DNA of 32,000 nucleotides from Candidatus Atelocyanobacterium thalassa isolate ALOHA (GTDB lineage Bacteria > Cyanobacteriota > Cyanobacteriia > Cyanobacteriales > Microcystaceae). Position 1 is the stretch's first letter. Every line of letters begins with the position of its first letter. The DNA is taken from assembly GCF_000025125.1 (NCBI RefSeq), contig NC_013771.1, positions 810,001 to 842,000 of the forward strand, given 5' to 3'. Positions 10,151 through 19,730 of the stretch are shown piece by piece. The notes under the pieces are model-generated. The model saw only the letters and a list, made by a program, of their open reading frames with translations. It did not search any database and was not told the origin of the DNA. Position numbers and translations under genes: made by a program.

Positions 10151-10169
10151 TGTCTGATATCTCTGAGTA

Positions 10170-10626
10170 ATGACTCATTTATTAATTCAACAAATTATTG
10201 ATTTAACAACTCCCGTTATTAAAGAAATGGGAATAGACATAGTGAATGTAGTTTTTCATACTAATAAATGTCCGTCTATTTTACGGTTTGATATTTCTAA
10301 TCCTGCTGAAAATATCAGTCTAGATGACTGTGCAAAAGTAAGCCGAACCCTAGAATCTATCTTAGATGAAACTACTATCATTCCACATGCTTATGTTTTA
10401 GAAGTTTCAAGTCCTGGCATATCTCAAATTCTAAATTCTGAACGAGATTTTACTACATTCCAAGGATTTGCTATTGGAATCATGACCAGTCCTCCCTATT
10501 TAAATAAAGAAAGAATGGCGAGGAAGACTTCAAAAACGAGATTGTAAAAATGTTTATCTTAACTGTAAAGGTAAAATAGTTTCCATTCCTCGTTCTTCAG
10601 TAGTTCAAGTCCGATTAGAAGACTGA
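10170..10626 (+). pseudogene. rimP: Ribosome maturation factor RimP, interrupted by a +1 frameshift near 10504-10515
   Basis: Frame 0 (10170-10547) gives the RimP N-domain (…YVLEVSSPGISQILNSERDFTTFQGF…SPPYLNKE), then nonsense, then a stop. The +1 frame from 10513 gives EWRGRLQKRDCKNVYLNCKGKIVSIPRSSVVQVRLED*, stop at 10624-10626. That is the expected RimP C-terminal domain. The position upstream of nusA is canonical. Confidence 0.85.
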
Positions 10627-10670
10627 TACGCACTAGATTTATATAATTTATATGTTTAGGAGATTTTTTT

Positions 10671-11834
10671 ATGTCCCTGGTTAGTTTACCTGGATTAACT
10701 AATATGATTGGAGAAATTAGTCAACGTCATAATTTGCCCAAACCTGCCGTTCAAGAAGCCCTAAGAGAGGCTCTTTTGAAAGGCTATGAGCGTTTTCGAC
10801 GTTCTCAAAATTTAGATCGTCAGCCTTTTTATGATGAGTATTTTGATAATTTCGAGGTTGAGTTAGATACAGAAGAAGAAGGTTTTAGAATTTTATCCAC
10901 AAAAAAAATTATGGAAAATGTGGAAAATATTGACCATCATATTTCCCTTCAAGAAGTTCAGGAAGTAGCTTCAGAAGCTCAACTTGGTGATGAAGTTGTT
11001 TTAGATGTCACACCTGAACAGAAAGACTTTGGTCGAATGGCTGCGATCCAAACGAAGCAAGTACTTTTACAGAAATTACGAGATCAGCAAAGGAAACTGA
11101 TTCAAGAAGAATTTCAAGAATTAGAAGGTACAGTTCTTAACGCAAGAGTTTTACGCTTTGAGCGTCAAGATATCATCGTTGCTGTTCAAAGTACTTTTGG
11201 TCAGCCTGAAGTAGAAGCAATTATTCCAAAACAGGAACAATTACCAAATGATAACTATCGAGCCAATTCATCTTTTAAAATACTACTTAAAAAAGTAAGA
11301 GAAGGATCTCATCGTGGTCCTCAACTTTTAGTATCACGAGCTGCGGCAGGTCTTGTAGTAGACATGTTTTCCATAGAGGTTCCTGAGATCGAGGAAGACA
11401 TAGTGAGAATTGTTGCTGTTTCTAGAGAAGCTAATCCTCCTTCCCGCTATGTAGGTCCTAGAACTAAAATTGCTGTTGATACGTTAGAAAGAGATGTTGA
11501 TCCTGTAGGCGCTTGTATTGGTGCACGAGGTTCTAGAATTCAAGCGGTAGTTAATGAATTAAGAGGAGAAAAAATAGATGTTATTCGCTGGTCTCCCGAC
11601 CCAGCTACTTACATAGCCAATGCCCTTAGTCCTGCTCGTATAGATGAAGTAATATTGATCAGTCCTGATGAACGGCATGCTCTAATATTAGTTGCAGAAG
11701 ACCAACTTAGCTTAGCTATTGGAAAAGAAGGGCAAAATGTTAGATTAGCGGCACGATTAACAGGATGGAAAATTGATATCAAAAATACTATTGCCCATAG
11801 AGAAGAATTAGAAAATCAGCAATTTGAAGATTAA
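10671..11834 (+). CDS. nusA: Transcription termination/antitermination factor NusA
   Basis: 387 aa with an S1 region and two KH motifs (GACIGARGSRIQAV; AIGKEGQNVRLAARLTGWKIDI). AGGAG lies upstream of the ATG. Synteny is rimP-nusA-ylxR-infB. Confidence 0.97.
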   Translation: MSLVSLPGLTNMIGEISQRHNLPKPAVQEALREALLKGYERFRRSQNLDRQPFYDEYFDNFEVELDTEEEGFRILSTKKIMENVENIDHHISLQEVQEVASEAQLGDEVVLDVTPEQKDFGRMAAIQTKQVLLQKLRDQQRKLIQEEFQELEGTVLNARVLRFERQDIIVAVQSTFGQPEVEAIIPKQEQLPNDNYRANSSFKILLKKVREGSHRGPQLLVSRAAAGLVVDMFSIEVPEIEEDIVRIVAVSREANPPSRYVGPRTKIAVDTLERDVDPVGACIGARGSRIQAVVNELRGEKIDVIRWSPDPATYIANALSPARIDEVILISPDERHALILVAEDQLSLAIGKEGQNVRLAARLTGWKIDIKNTIAHREELENQQFED

Positions 11835-11901
11835 TTAATTCAAAAGTCTGAAAAATTAATCCTATTCAAGATAGATCTTTCGTAATAGACTAATCTAAAT
11901 A

Positions 11902-12159
11902 ATGAAAGTAAATTATCGGCGTTGTATTAGCTGCCGTTGTATTAATCACAAAGACAAATTTTGGAGAATAGTAAAAGTCTATTTATCTCAAACGGTACAA
12001 TTAGATAAGGGGATGGGTAGATCAGTTTATTTGTGTCCTAAGAAAGCCTGTTTAGCTGTTGCTAGCCAAAAAAATCGTTTAGAACGAGGACTGAAAACTT
12101 CAATTCCTCAAAATATTTATAAAAAGTTATGGGAACGTTTAGAAAATGAAAGCATTTAG
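11902..12159 (+). CDS. ylxR: YlxR/RnpM family (DUF448) RNA-binding protein
   Basis: 85 aa, RRCISCR...GRSVYLCP...C motif pattern, in the conserved position between nusA and infB. Confidence 0.85.
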   Translation: MKVNYRRCISCRCINHKDKFWRIVKVYLSQTVQLDKGMGRSVYLCPKKACLAVASQKNRLERGLKTSIPQNIYKKLWERLENESI

Positions 12160-12380
12160 AAAAGCTTATCCTAGATTACCTATTAGTTTCATTAATCCGA
12201 AGATAATTTTTTTAAAAATTTGAATACAAAAGATAGTATTCTCATAAATATAAAAGAGAAAATTGTTTTCATAATTATGATTATAAAACTCTACTCATAT
12301 AGTTTTCCAAAGAGCTTCTTCGTCAATTTTGTCGAAAGACTCGGCATTTACAATAGCCACACTTAGTTAGGGGATAGTGG

Positions 12381-15332
12381 ATGAACAACGTACATAAAGT
12401 AAGAATTTACGATTTATCAAAAGAATTGAATCTTGAAAACAAAGAGATTCTAGAAATTTGTGCTCAGCTTAATATTGCTGTAAAGAGTCATAGTAGTACT
12501 ATTACAGAATCACAAGTTGAGCGTATTAAAGTAATGGCAGAAAAATACATCACCAAACAAAGTATGACTCAAGGAAATGACGCTACTATGTCAGGTGAGA
12601 AAAAGCAGCAAATTTTAGCCATTCACCATAAACAAATTCAGTCTTCTACTGAAGAGGGATTGGATGATCAAGCAAATGATTTAGAGGTCCCAGATACCTC
12701 GGTCTCATCTCAAATGCCTGCAGCACCAAAACCACCTGAAAAACCAATTTCATCAACATCTATTAAATCACCAAAAACTGATCGAATTAGCTTGTCTAAA
12801 CCCTCAATTTCAAAAGAAAAAACATCTAAGTCAGAAAGTATAGATTTTGATTTACCAGACTCTTCTAAAGAAAATTTTGAAAAACCCGTTAATAAACCAA
12901 GTAGGACGAAACCATCTTTAGAAGGGAAAAATAAAGTTAAACTTTCAAAAAGAACCCCTAAAGGTATATCTCTCAAACCCAAAGAAAAACCAGAAATAAC
13001 AGGTAGTACAAACGAAGTTCAATCAAAGAAAAAACCTAATATTGGAAAACCAGACTTGAAAAAGTCTTCTTCTCATCCAGTAGAAGAAGAGAAAAAGTAC
13101 ACCATGCCTTTTGATCCTCTTGATTCTTCTTTAATAATTGATGATGATGATGACGAAAGTGATGAAATACTTGATATTGAACTTAAGCCAAAACCTCAAC
13201 TAAAAAGACCTACAACACCAAGAATTTTCAAGAAAAAAACTTGGGAAGAGGAAGAAGAAGAAGAAGAGGAGAATAAGGCAAAAGCAAGTAAAGCAAGCAC
13301 AAAAGCAAAACGTAGATTTAAAGCACTTGAAGACGAAGATGATGATTTTGAGTCAGAGTCAGAAAGTAATACTGTTTCTTTAAGTTTAAGTCTTTCTATA
13401 GCTCGCCCTCCAAAGCCAAAATCTGAGCATCAAACAGCTGAAGTAGTTCACAAGCCTAAAAAGCCAACTTTAAAAACAATTGGCTCAGGATCTGAACGTA
13501 GTCGTTCTGAACGTAAAGAACGGAAGGAAACTCCTCGACAACCAGAAAAAGTAATTCTTGAAAAAAATCTTACAGTCAGAGAATTATCAGAACGTTTACA
13601 TATATCAGAGACAGAAATTATTAAACTTCTGTTTACTAAGGGAACTGCTGTTAATATTACTCAAACTTTAGATCAAGAGACAGCAAAAATGGTTACAGAG
13701 TCATTTGGAATCATTGTAGAAATTCCAGAGGAAGACTCTGCAGCCATTAAAAATACAGAAATGATTGATGAAGGAGATCTTGATAATCTTCAACGTCGTC
13801 CTCCTGTTGTTACAATAATGGGTCATGTGGATCATGGTAAAACAACACTTCTTGATTCTATCCGTAAAACGAAGGTAGCTCAAGGAGAAGCAGGCGGTAT
13901 TACGCAACATATTGGCGCCTATCATGTAGATATTGAGCATGACAATAAAAAACAACAATTAGTTTTTCTAGATACACCTGGACATGAAGCTTTTACAGCG
14001 ATGAGAGCTAGGGGAGCAAGAATAACGGATATAGCTATTCTTGTTGTTGCGGCTGATGATGGTGTGCAACCTCAGACGAGAGAGGCTATTAGCCATGCAA
14101 AAGCAGCTGAGGTTCCAATTGTTGTAGCCATAAATAAAATTGATAAATTAGAGTCAAATTCAGACCGTATTAAACAAGAACTATCAGATCTAGGTCTTGT
14201 ACCAGAGGAATGGGGTGGAGATACTATAATGGTTCCGGTAAGTGCTCTTAAAGGAGATAACCTTGATCAATTATTGGAGATGTTAGTTTTAGTATCTGAA
14301 ATTGAGGATCTATTAGCCAATCCTGATCGTTTAGCAAAAGGAACAGTGATTGAGGCCCACTTAGATAAAAATCGAGGTCCAGTAGCAACACTATTAATAC
14401 AAAATGGTACATTACGAGTAGGAGATTCTCTTGTTGCCGGCCCTGTATTTGGAAAAATACGCGCTATGGTAGACGACCGGGGAGATAAAGTGAAAGAAGC
14501 TTCTCCTTCTTTTGCAGTGGAAATTCTTGGATTAAGTAGTGTACCGGCAGCTGGAGATGAATTTGATATTTATTTAAGTGAGAAAGAAGCACGAGCTGTG
14601 GCTGATAAGAATGCTAAAGATAGTCGCCAAACAAGATTGCAACAGGCACTATCTTCTCGTCGTGTTACTTTAAGCACATTATCAGCTAAAGCTAAAGATG
14701 GAGAGCTTAAAGAACTTAATCTTATTCTTAAAGCTGATGTTCAGGGTTCTATTGAAGCAATTTTAGGTTCTCTAGAACAATTACCTCAAACTGAAGTACA
14801 AATACGCGTTTTATTGGCTGCTCCGGGAGAAGTTACAGAAACGGATGTAGATCTTGCAGCTGCAAGTGGTGCAGTTATTATTGGGTTTAATACTAATTTA
14901 GCTAATGGTGTTAAAACTGCTGCAGATCAGGAAGAAGTAGATATTAGGGAATATGATATTATTTATAAGCTTTTAGATGATATACAAGGAGCAATGGAGG
15001 GTCTTCTTGAACCGGAAGAAATAGAATCTCCTCTAGGACAGGCTGAAGTCCGAGCTGTTTTTCCAGTAGGGAGAGGTGCCGTTGCAGGCTGCTATGTATT
15101 GTCAGGTAAGGTAGTTCGTAACCGTTTTATAAGAGTCGTTCGAGATGGTAATACGATTTATCAAGGAACATTAGATTCTTTAAAAAGGATGAAAGAAGAT
15201 GTGAGAGAAGTAAATTCTGGTTATGAATGTGGCATAGGAATTGATAAATTTAGTAACTGGAACGAAGGTGATACGATTGAAGCTTTTGAAATGATTATGA
15301 AGCGTCGTACCTTAATTGGACGAACCACATAA
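12381..15332 (+). CDS. infB: Translation initiation factor IF-2 with a long low-complexity N-terminal region
   Basis: 983 aa. The N-terminus [18 protein letters not shown] is typical. G-domain motifs: [25 protein letters not shown]. The C-terminal domains are conserved. Residues ~60-400 are K/S/P/E-rich. Confidence 0.98.
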   Translation: MNNVHKVRIYDLSKELNLENKEILEICAQLNIAVKSHSSTITESQVERIKVMAEKYITKQSMTQGNDATMSGEKKQQILAIHHKQIQSSTEEGLDDQANDLEVPDTSVSSQMPAAPKPPEKPISSTSIKSPKTDRISLSKPSISKEKTSKSESIDFDLPDSSKENFEKPVNKPSRTKPSLEGKNKVKLSKRTPKGISLKPKEKPEITGSTNEVQSKKKPNIGKPDLKKSSSHPVEEEKKYTMPFDPLDSSLIIDDDDDESDEILDIELKPKPQLKRPTTPRIFKKKTWEEEEEEEEENKAKASKASTKAKRRFKALEDEDDDFESESESNTVSLSLSLSIARPPKPKSEHQTAEVVHKPKKPTLKTIGSGSERSRSERKERKETPRQPEKVILEKNLTVRELSERLHISETEIIKLLFTKGTAVNITQTLDQETAKMVTESFGIIVEIPEEDSAAIKNTEMIDEGDLDNLQRRPPVVTIMGHVDHGKTTLLDSIRKTKVAQGEAGGITQHIGAYHVDIEHDNKKQQLVFLDTPGHEAFTAMRARGARITDIAILVVAADDGVQPQTREAISHAKAAEVPIVVAINKIDKLESNSDRIKQELSDLGLVPEEWGGDTIMVPVSALKGDNLDQLLEMLVLVSEIEDLLANPDRLAKGTVIEAHLDKNRGPVATLLIQNGTLRVGDSLVAGPVFGKIRAMVDDRGDKVKEASPSFAVEILGLSSVPAAGDEFDIYLSEKEARAVADKNAKDSRQTRLQQALSSRRVTLSTLSAKAKDGELKELNLILKADVQGSIEAILGSLEQLPQTEVQIRVLLAAPGEVTETDVDLAAASGAVIIGFNTNLANGVKTAADQEEVDIREYDIIYKLLDDIQGAMEGLLEPEEIESPLGQAEVRAVFPVGRGAVAGCYVLSGKVVRNRFIRVVRDGNTIYQGTLDSLKRMKEDVREVNSGYECGIGIDKFSNWNEGDTIEAFEMIMKRRTLIGRTT

Positions 15333-15337
15333 GCCAA

Positions 15338-15379
15338 AATTAAAAACGCAATTTAAAATTTTAAATTGCGTTTTTAATT
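15338..15379. terminator. 42-nt perfect palindrome between convergent infB and the glycosyltransferase gene; symmetric bidirectional terminator
   Basis: aaattaaaaacgcaatttaaaa|ttttaaattgcgtttttaattt. All 21 pairs were checked by hand. The stem core is acgcaattt/aaattgcgt, with a T-run following on either strand. Confidence 0.75.
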
Positions 15380-15405
15380 AAACAATAATTTATTATTACA
15401 AAGAT

Positions 15406-18402
15406 TTAATTACTATTAATACTAGTGAACCATAAAGATGAATGCTGCTCATGGCGATTGTCATTAAATATAGTATAGGTTGGTTCTAATCCTAAACTTA
15501 AATCTTTATTCCATGAAGATCTATGTTCTTTCTGGATTTTGGCAGCAACTTTACGGACCTCTAATATTTTTTTAAGAGGAGACCATTGAGATAGGCTAGG
15601 AAGGCAATCTAACGAGCGGTAAGATTTTAGTAAAGTTTCAATTCCACTAAAATATTTTAAAACTTTTGATTGAGGACAGATTTCTTTTAGATAAAGGCAT
15701 AAATTATAAGCATATTCTAAATCTGTGCTTGTGTGGACACAATAAGATTTTCGATAGCACAAACATAAATAAATTAAATTCTCTACGTCCTCTGTACTCC
15801 TATTAGCAAAAGCATAACGAATTCCTCCAAGAGTACGATGAATATACCAAGCTCTCATATCTTCAATTTCGATTGCTGGGCTTTGCGTTGTTCTTTCATC
15901 AGGATAGTTCCAAAAAACTCCTAAAGTACAATCTACAATCTTACTTTTTATAAATGGAAGGACACGACTTTTAAATTCAGTATCGCCAGCTCCTCTAAAA
16001 CTACTATCATAATAGCCAAATCTTTTATGTATAGAACGACGATATAAAGCACCTACCCATGATAAATAACAAGTTTCTAAATAAACTAAGTCTTGCTTAT
16101 ATTCTTTCCGATAATAGGGCATGATATCTTTAATCCAGCTACAATCGCTATCCACTTCGGTAACAAGACTATGTCCAGTAACCCAATCTAAATCTGAAAA
16201 CTTATCTAATTCATTAGCAAGGATTTCTAGACAAGTAGGAAGAATGGTTTCATCTACCCCTAAAAAAGATAAGAAGTCTGCTTTAGACAAATCAATCCCT
16301 CTATTCCAAGCCATTTGTATAGTTTCTCTTTCTTTAGATCTTACATAAACAACAGGAATATTTAATTTCTCAATTATTTCTTTAAAAACTGTATACTCAT
16401 CTCCTGGAGAGCCACTGTCTACCAAAATTACTTCCGCTTCTCCTTTCTGAACCAGAGTTTGATGTTTTAAAGTTTTTAAGAAGAAAGCAAGTTTAGAGGA
16501 CGCATTATAGAGAGAAACTATAATACTGACACGGTAAGTTGATTTACTACGACGATCATCTACAAATTCATAATTCCATTTATTGTTTGATAAATTACTT
16601 ACTCGATTTTGTTCTAAAAGATCGTAGCATTTATCTTCTCGACCTTCATGAGTACCATACATTGCTTGTATTACTTCAGATTCTTTTGTAAATCCTTTAT
16701 CATTTAAAACTCTTACTATAGAAGGAAGATCACCAAATAAATCTTGATCTAATAGACGTATACATCGTAGTTTGTACGTAGCTGCTACTAATTCGTTTCC
16801 TCGCAAACTTTCAATCCTAGCAATTCCTTTCCATAAACGAACCCTGTCGATACGATATCCATTATTTAAACGATCTCGTATACCTTCACTTCTGTAATCA
16901 CCATCTGAAGCAAGTTTCCATGATTCTTGAATTTTTTTATCAAGATCTTTTTGAGTTAATTCTAAAGTATTAAAAATGTTCTTATATCGTCTAACTAATT
17001 TAGGAGTTTTTAGTATTTGGGCATTATGAACTTTACTTAGCGGAATTTTGAGAAGTTCTTTATTTTTACCAGCTTCATGTTTAATTTGTTGATAGATTGG
17101 TTTCACATTCGATCTAATTTTAGATTTTAATAATCTAAGGCCTGGTATCTTGTTTGAGCCATTTAATTGACTAGATTCCCAATAATTTATTAATTGTGAG
17201 TACCAATAGTTTAATTCTTCACGAATTTCAAGATTTGAAACTGGTGAAGAACCATAAATTTCACTTAACAAAAGACCACTACTTTGAAAATTTGAGTCGC
17301 GAATTCCAGCAATTAATTTATTTCTATAATCATCATAGTTATTTAATAAATCAATAATTTCTGGCAAAGAATCATAAATATTATCAATATCAATTTTAAT
17401 AAATGGAATTTTTGGAAAATTATCTTCTAAAAAACGACATACTCCTGCACCTTTTCCAATGACAGTAGGACATCCTGAAAAAAGTGACTCTAAAGCTACT
17501 AAATTTAAAGTGTCATATCTAGAGGGAACAAAAGTTATGGATCTACTACTAAATAATTTCATTAAATCTGAATGTGGAATTGATGGGTACATTCTTAGAT
17601 TTTTGTCTCTATTATTAATCATCTTTTCTAAATAATCTTTAGATGATTGAGTTCGATTATAGTTATAACTATGAGGACCTATTATAGAAGCATTACTGTA
17701 TTTTTCTCGTGGTATCCACCAAGCTAAATCTACAAAAATATCAGGTCCTTTCCGCTTTTCTGTTCTACCAATAAAATTTAGGTTAGGCAAGGATTCCGAA
17801 TTAGAGCCTGATTTAATTTCAGGTACAGCCATAAAATGTAATGGATTATAATAATAAGATTTTAAATTATCAACCTCCTTCCATTCATCTAAATAACTCT
17901 TACTAATTCCATAACGTATGTCTACAGCCTGATATTGCATTTTTTCTTGTAGAGAAAGTGGAATATTCTCTTTACCTTCAAACCAATCTAATTGTAATGT
18001 TTTAGATATAATTCCATGCATTGAAAGTGCAATTGAACCACACTTTACATGAAAATGATCTAAAGCAGATCGTAAAAACATCCCCCATTGTTCATAATCA
18101 GGTACGTCAACTACATCAAATTCCATGTCCCGGCAAGAAGCTGCTATGTTACTAGCTTGAACAAAAGCTGATTGTACCCATTTAGGTGGCGTTGCTTCAA
18201 AAAAATTCGTAAAATCTCCATAATTAAATATTTCTTTATAAGGTATTTGATGAGAATTATGAAGACAAGAAGTATTTAAAGATTCATCTTTAATAATGTA
18301 ATAAAAATCTATTTCAGGATTCTTTTTAATAAGACTGCGATAAAAAGTTTGTCCACCTCCTGTTTTCTTAAATAAATCAAAATCAGCAATAAGAACTTTC
18401 AT
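15406..18402 (-). CDS. 998-aa multidomain glycosyltransferase: N-terminal GT-B (GT4-like), an unassigned central module, C-terminal GT-A (GT2-like), and an unassigned tail
   Basis: Residues 1-385 include FIGRTEKRKGPD and DTLNLVALESLFSGCPTV (the E-x7-E region of retaining GT4 enzymes). Residues ~623-840 include VSIIVSLYNASSKLAFFLKTLKHQT, VILVDSGSPGDE and FLGVDE (GT2 nucleotide-sugar/DxD-type site). Residues ~390-620 and ~840-998 show no motif I recognise. Confidence 0.85.
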   Translation of the reverse strand: MKVLIADFDLFKKTGGGQTFYRSLIKKNPEIDFYYIIKDESLNTSCLHNSHQIPYKEIFNYGDFTNFFEATPPKWVQSAFVQASNIAASCRDMEFDVVDVPDYEQWGMFLRSALDHFHVKCGSIALSMHGIISKTLQLDWFEGKENIPLSLQEKMQYQAVDIRYGISKSYLDEWKEVDNLKSYYYNPLHFMAVPEIKSGSNSESLPNLNFIGRTEKRKGPDIFVDLAWWIPREKYSNASIIGPHSYNYNRTQSSKDYLEKMINNRDKNLRMYPSIPHSDLMKLFSSRSITFVPSRYDTLNLVALESLFSGCPTVIGKGAGVCRFLEDNFPKIPFIKIDIDNIYDSLPEIIDLLNNYDDYRNKLIAGIRDSNFQSSGLLLSEIYGSSPVSNLEIREELNYWYSQLINYWESSQLNGSNKIPGLRLLKSKIRSNVKPIYQQIKHEAGKNKELLKIPLSKVHNAQILKTPKLVRRYKNIFNTLELTQKDLDKKIQESWKLASDGDYRSEGIRDRLNNGYRIDRVRLWKGIARIESLRGNELVAATYKLRCIRLLDQDLFGDLPSIVRVLNDKGFTKESEVIQAMYGTHEGREDKCYDLLEQNRVSNLSNNKWNYEFVDDRRSKSTYRVSIIVSLYNASSKLAFFLKTLKHQTLVQKGEAEVILVDSGSPGDEYTVFKEIIEKLNIPVVYVRSKERETIQMAWNRGIDLSKADFLSFLGVDETILPTCLEILANELDKFSDLDWVTGHSLVTEVDSDCSWIKDIMPYYRKEYKQDLVYLETCYLSWVGALYRRSIHKRFGYYDSSFRGAGDTEFKSRVLPFIKSKIVDCTLGVFWNYPDERTTQSPAIEIEDMRAWYIHRTLGGIRYAFANRSTEDVENLIYLCLCYRKSYCVHTSTDLEYAYNLCLYLKEICPQSKVLKYFSGIETLLKSYRSLDCLPSLSQWSPLKKILEVRKVAAKIQKEHRSSWNKDLSLGLEPTYTIFNDNRHEQHSSLWFTSINSN

Positions 18403-19114
18403 ATAATTAATATTTATATTTGAATAATCGATTAACTCTAAGTATTTTTGAAAACTGCAACTAAGTAATTTATAAAATCAAAGACAGTACATTATTTTAA
18501 CTTCTATCTTGAAAAAATAATAAACCACGAAATATTTTAAGTTGTTTATAAATGTTAGAGATAACTAGAAAGATAGTCAACTTATTAATGAAAATTTTCT
18601 AAAATTTCACTAATAAGAGAAGAATTAATCTGAATGAATTATGTTTATATATTAGACTAAAATGTTCAGAAACTTTTATCTCTATAAACTTTGTTTAAAA
18701 ATCATCTCTTTTGTATATAATTTGGATTATGTATTATTCAATTTACAATCATTTTCTATATTAATAAATACTATTTATACTACTTTTTATTTATTGTTTA
18801 CTAATTTAACTTAAGTGTGTAAAGTAAACTTTAAAAGTTCACTTATATCAATAGCATTTGTATATATAAATGTATATAATTTTTATTTTATGCACCTTAT
18901 TGCTGTTCTATTTTTAATTATTTAACATTATAAAAAATATACTCTATTTATATTAGTGAAAGTATCGTAGTAATGATTTTTCAAATACTAATTTTTATGA
19001 AAAAATATATTTAATCTTATAGAATAAATATTAACTTTACAGTAAATATATTATATTTTGTGATCTACAATGTTTTTATAATATCTGTATATTCATATTA
19101 CATACTGATAAAAA

Positions 19115-19730
19115 ATGCCAGAAGTATCTCCAGATAAGTTAGTTCAAGGATTATTTGAAGGTAAAGTAGTTAGTTTTCCTACTGATACAATTCCTGCTTT
19201 AGCTACACTACCTCAAAATGCTTCATCAATTTTTGCCCTGAAAAAACGCTCTTTTCAAAAACCTCTAATTTTAATGTGCTCATCTTCAGAAAATGTTTGG
19301 AAATATACTCAGGGTAACTCTGAAGAATTGAGAAACTGGAAAAACATAGCATATAGGTACTGGCCAGGACCTTTGACTCTAGTATTACCAGCTTCCGAAT
19401 CCATAATAAATATAAATACTAATAATCTCATTGATTCAAAAACAATCGGAATACGTATTCCTGACTGCTTTGTGGCACAAAGAATATTGCAAAAGAGTAG
19501 AATGTTTATTGACTACTAGTGTTAATATTTCAGGAAAAGAACCTGCAAAAAACGTAGATGAAATATTAGAAATTTTTCCAGAAGTATTAGTTTTGCAAAA
19601 ACAAGATTTTAGTAATCATAAATGTAATAATAAACTGCCATCTACTGTTATAAAATGGAAGTCAGGAAAATGGGAAAATTTACGACAAGGTTATATTAAT
19701 ATATTGAATATAAATAATTCAATATATTAA
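19115..19730 (+). pseudogene. tsaC: L-threonylcarbamoyladenylate synthase family (TsaC/YrdC/Sua5 fold), interrupted by a +1 frameshift at ~19496-19505
   Basis: ORF 19115-19519 carries LKKRSFQKPLILM, WPGPLTLVLP and TIGIRIPD. The overlapping ORF in the next frame carries LLTTSVNISGKEPAKN, the TSAN-x-SG motif of the family, and runs to 19730. Together they give ~205 aa, the normal TsaC size. Confidence 0.85.

Noticed and set aside
10500-10520. Rescue of the frameshifts by transcriptional slippage on poly(A), as described for insect endosymbionts
   Set aside because: That mechanism needs long homopolymers (roughly 9 or more A). The A-runs here are only 3-4 nt at both sites, so slippage is not supported by the sequence.
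13249-13272. GAA/GAG repeat tract considered as a possible non-coding tandem repeat or CRISPR-like array
   Set aside because: It lies in frame inside infB and encodes poly-Glu. There is no repeat-spacer periodicity anywhere in the window.
18662-18814. 50-codon ATG-initiated ORF (MFRNFYLYKLCLK…) in the AT desert
   Set aside because: The F/Y/N/I/L/K-dominated translation is what random AT-rich DNA yields. There is no SD sequence or motif, and it is below any credible length threshold.
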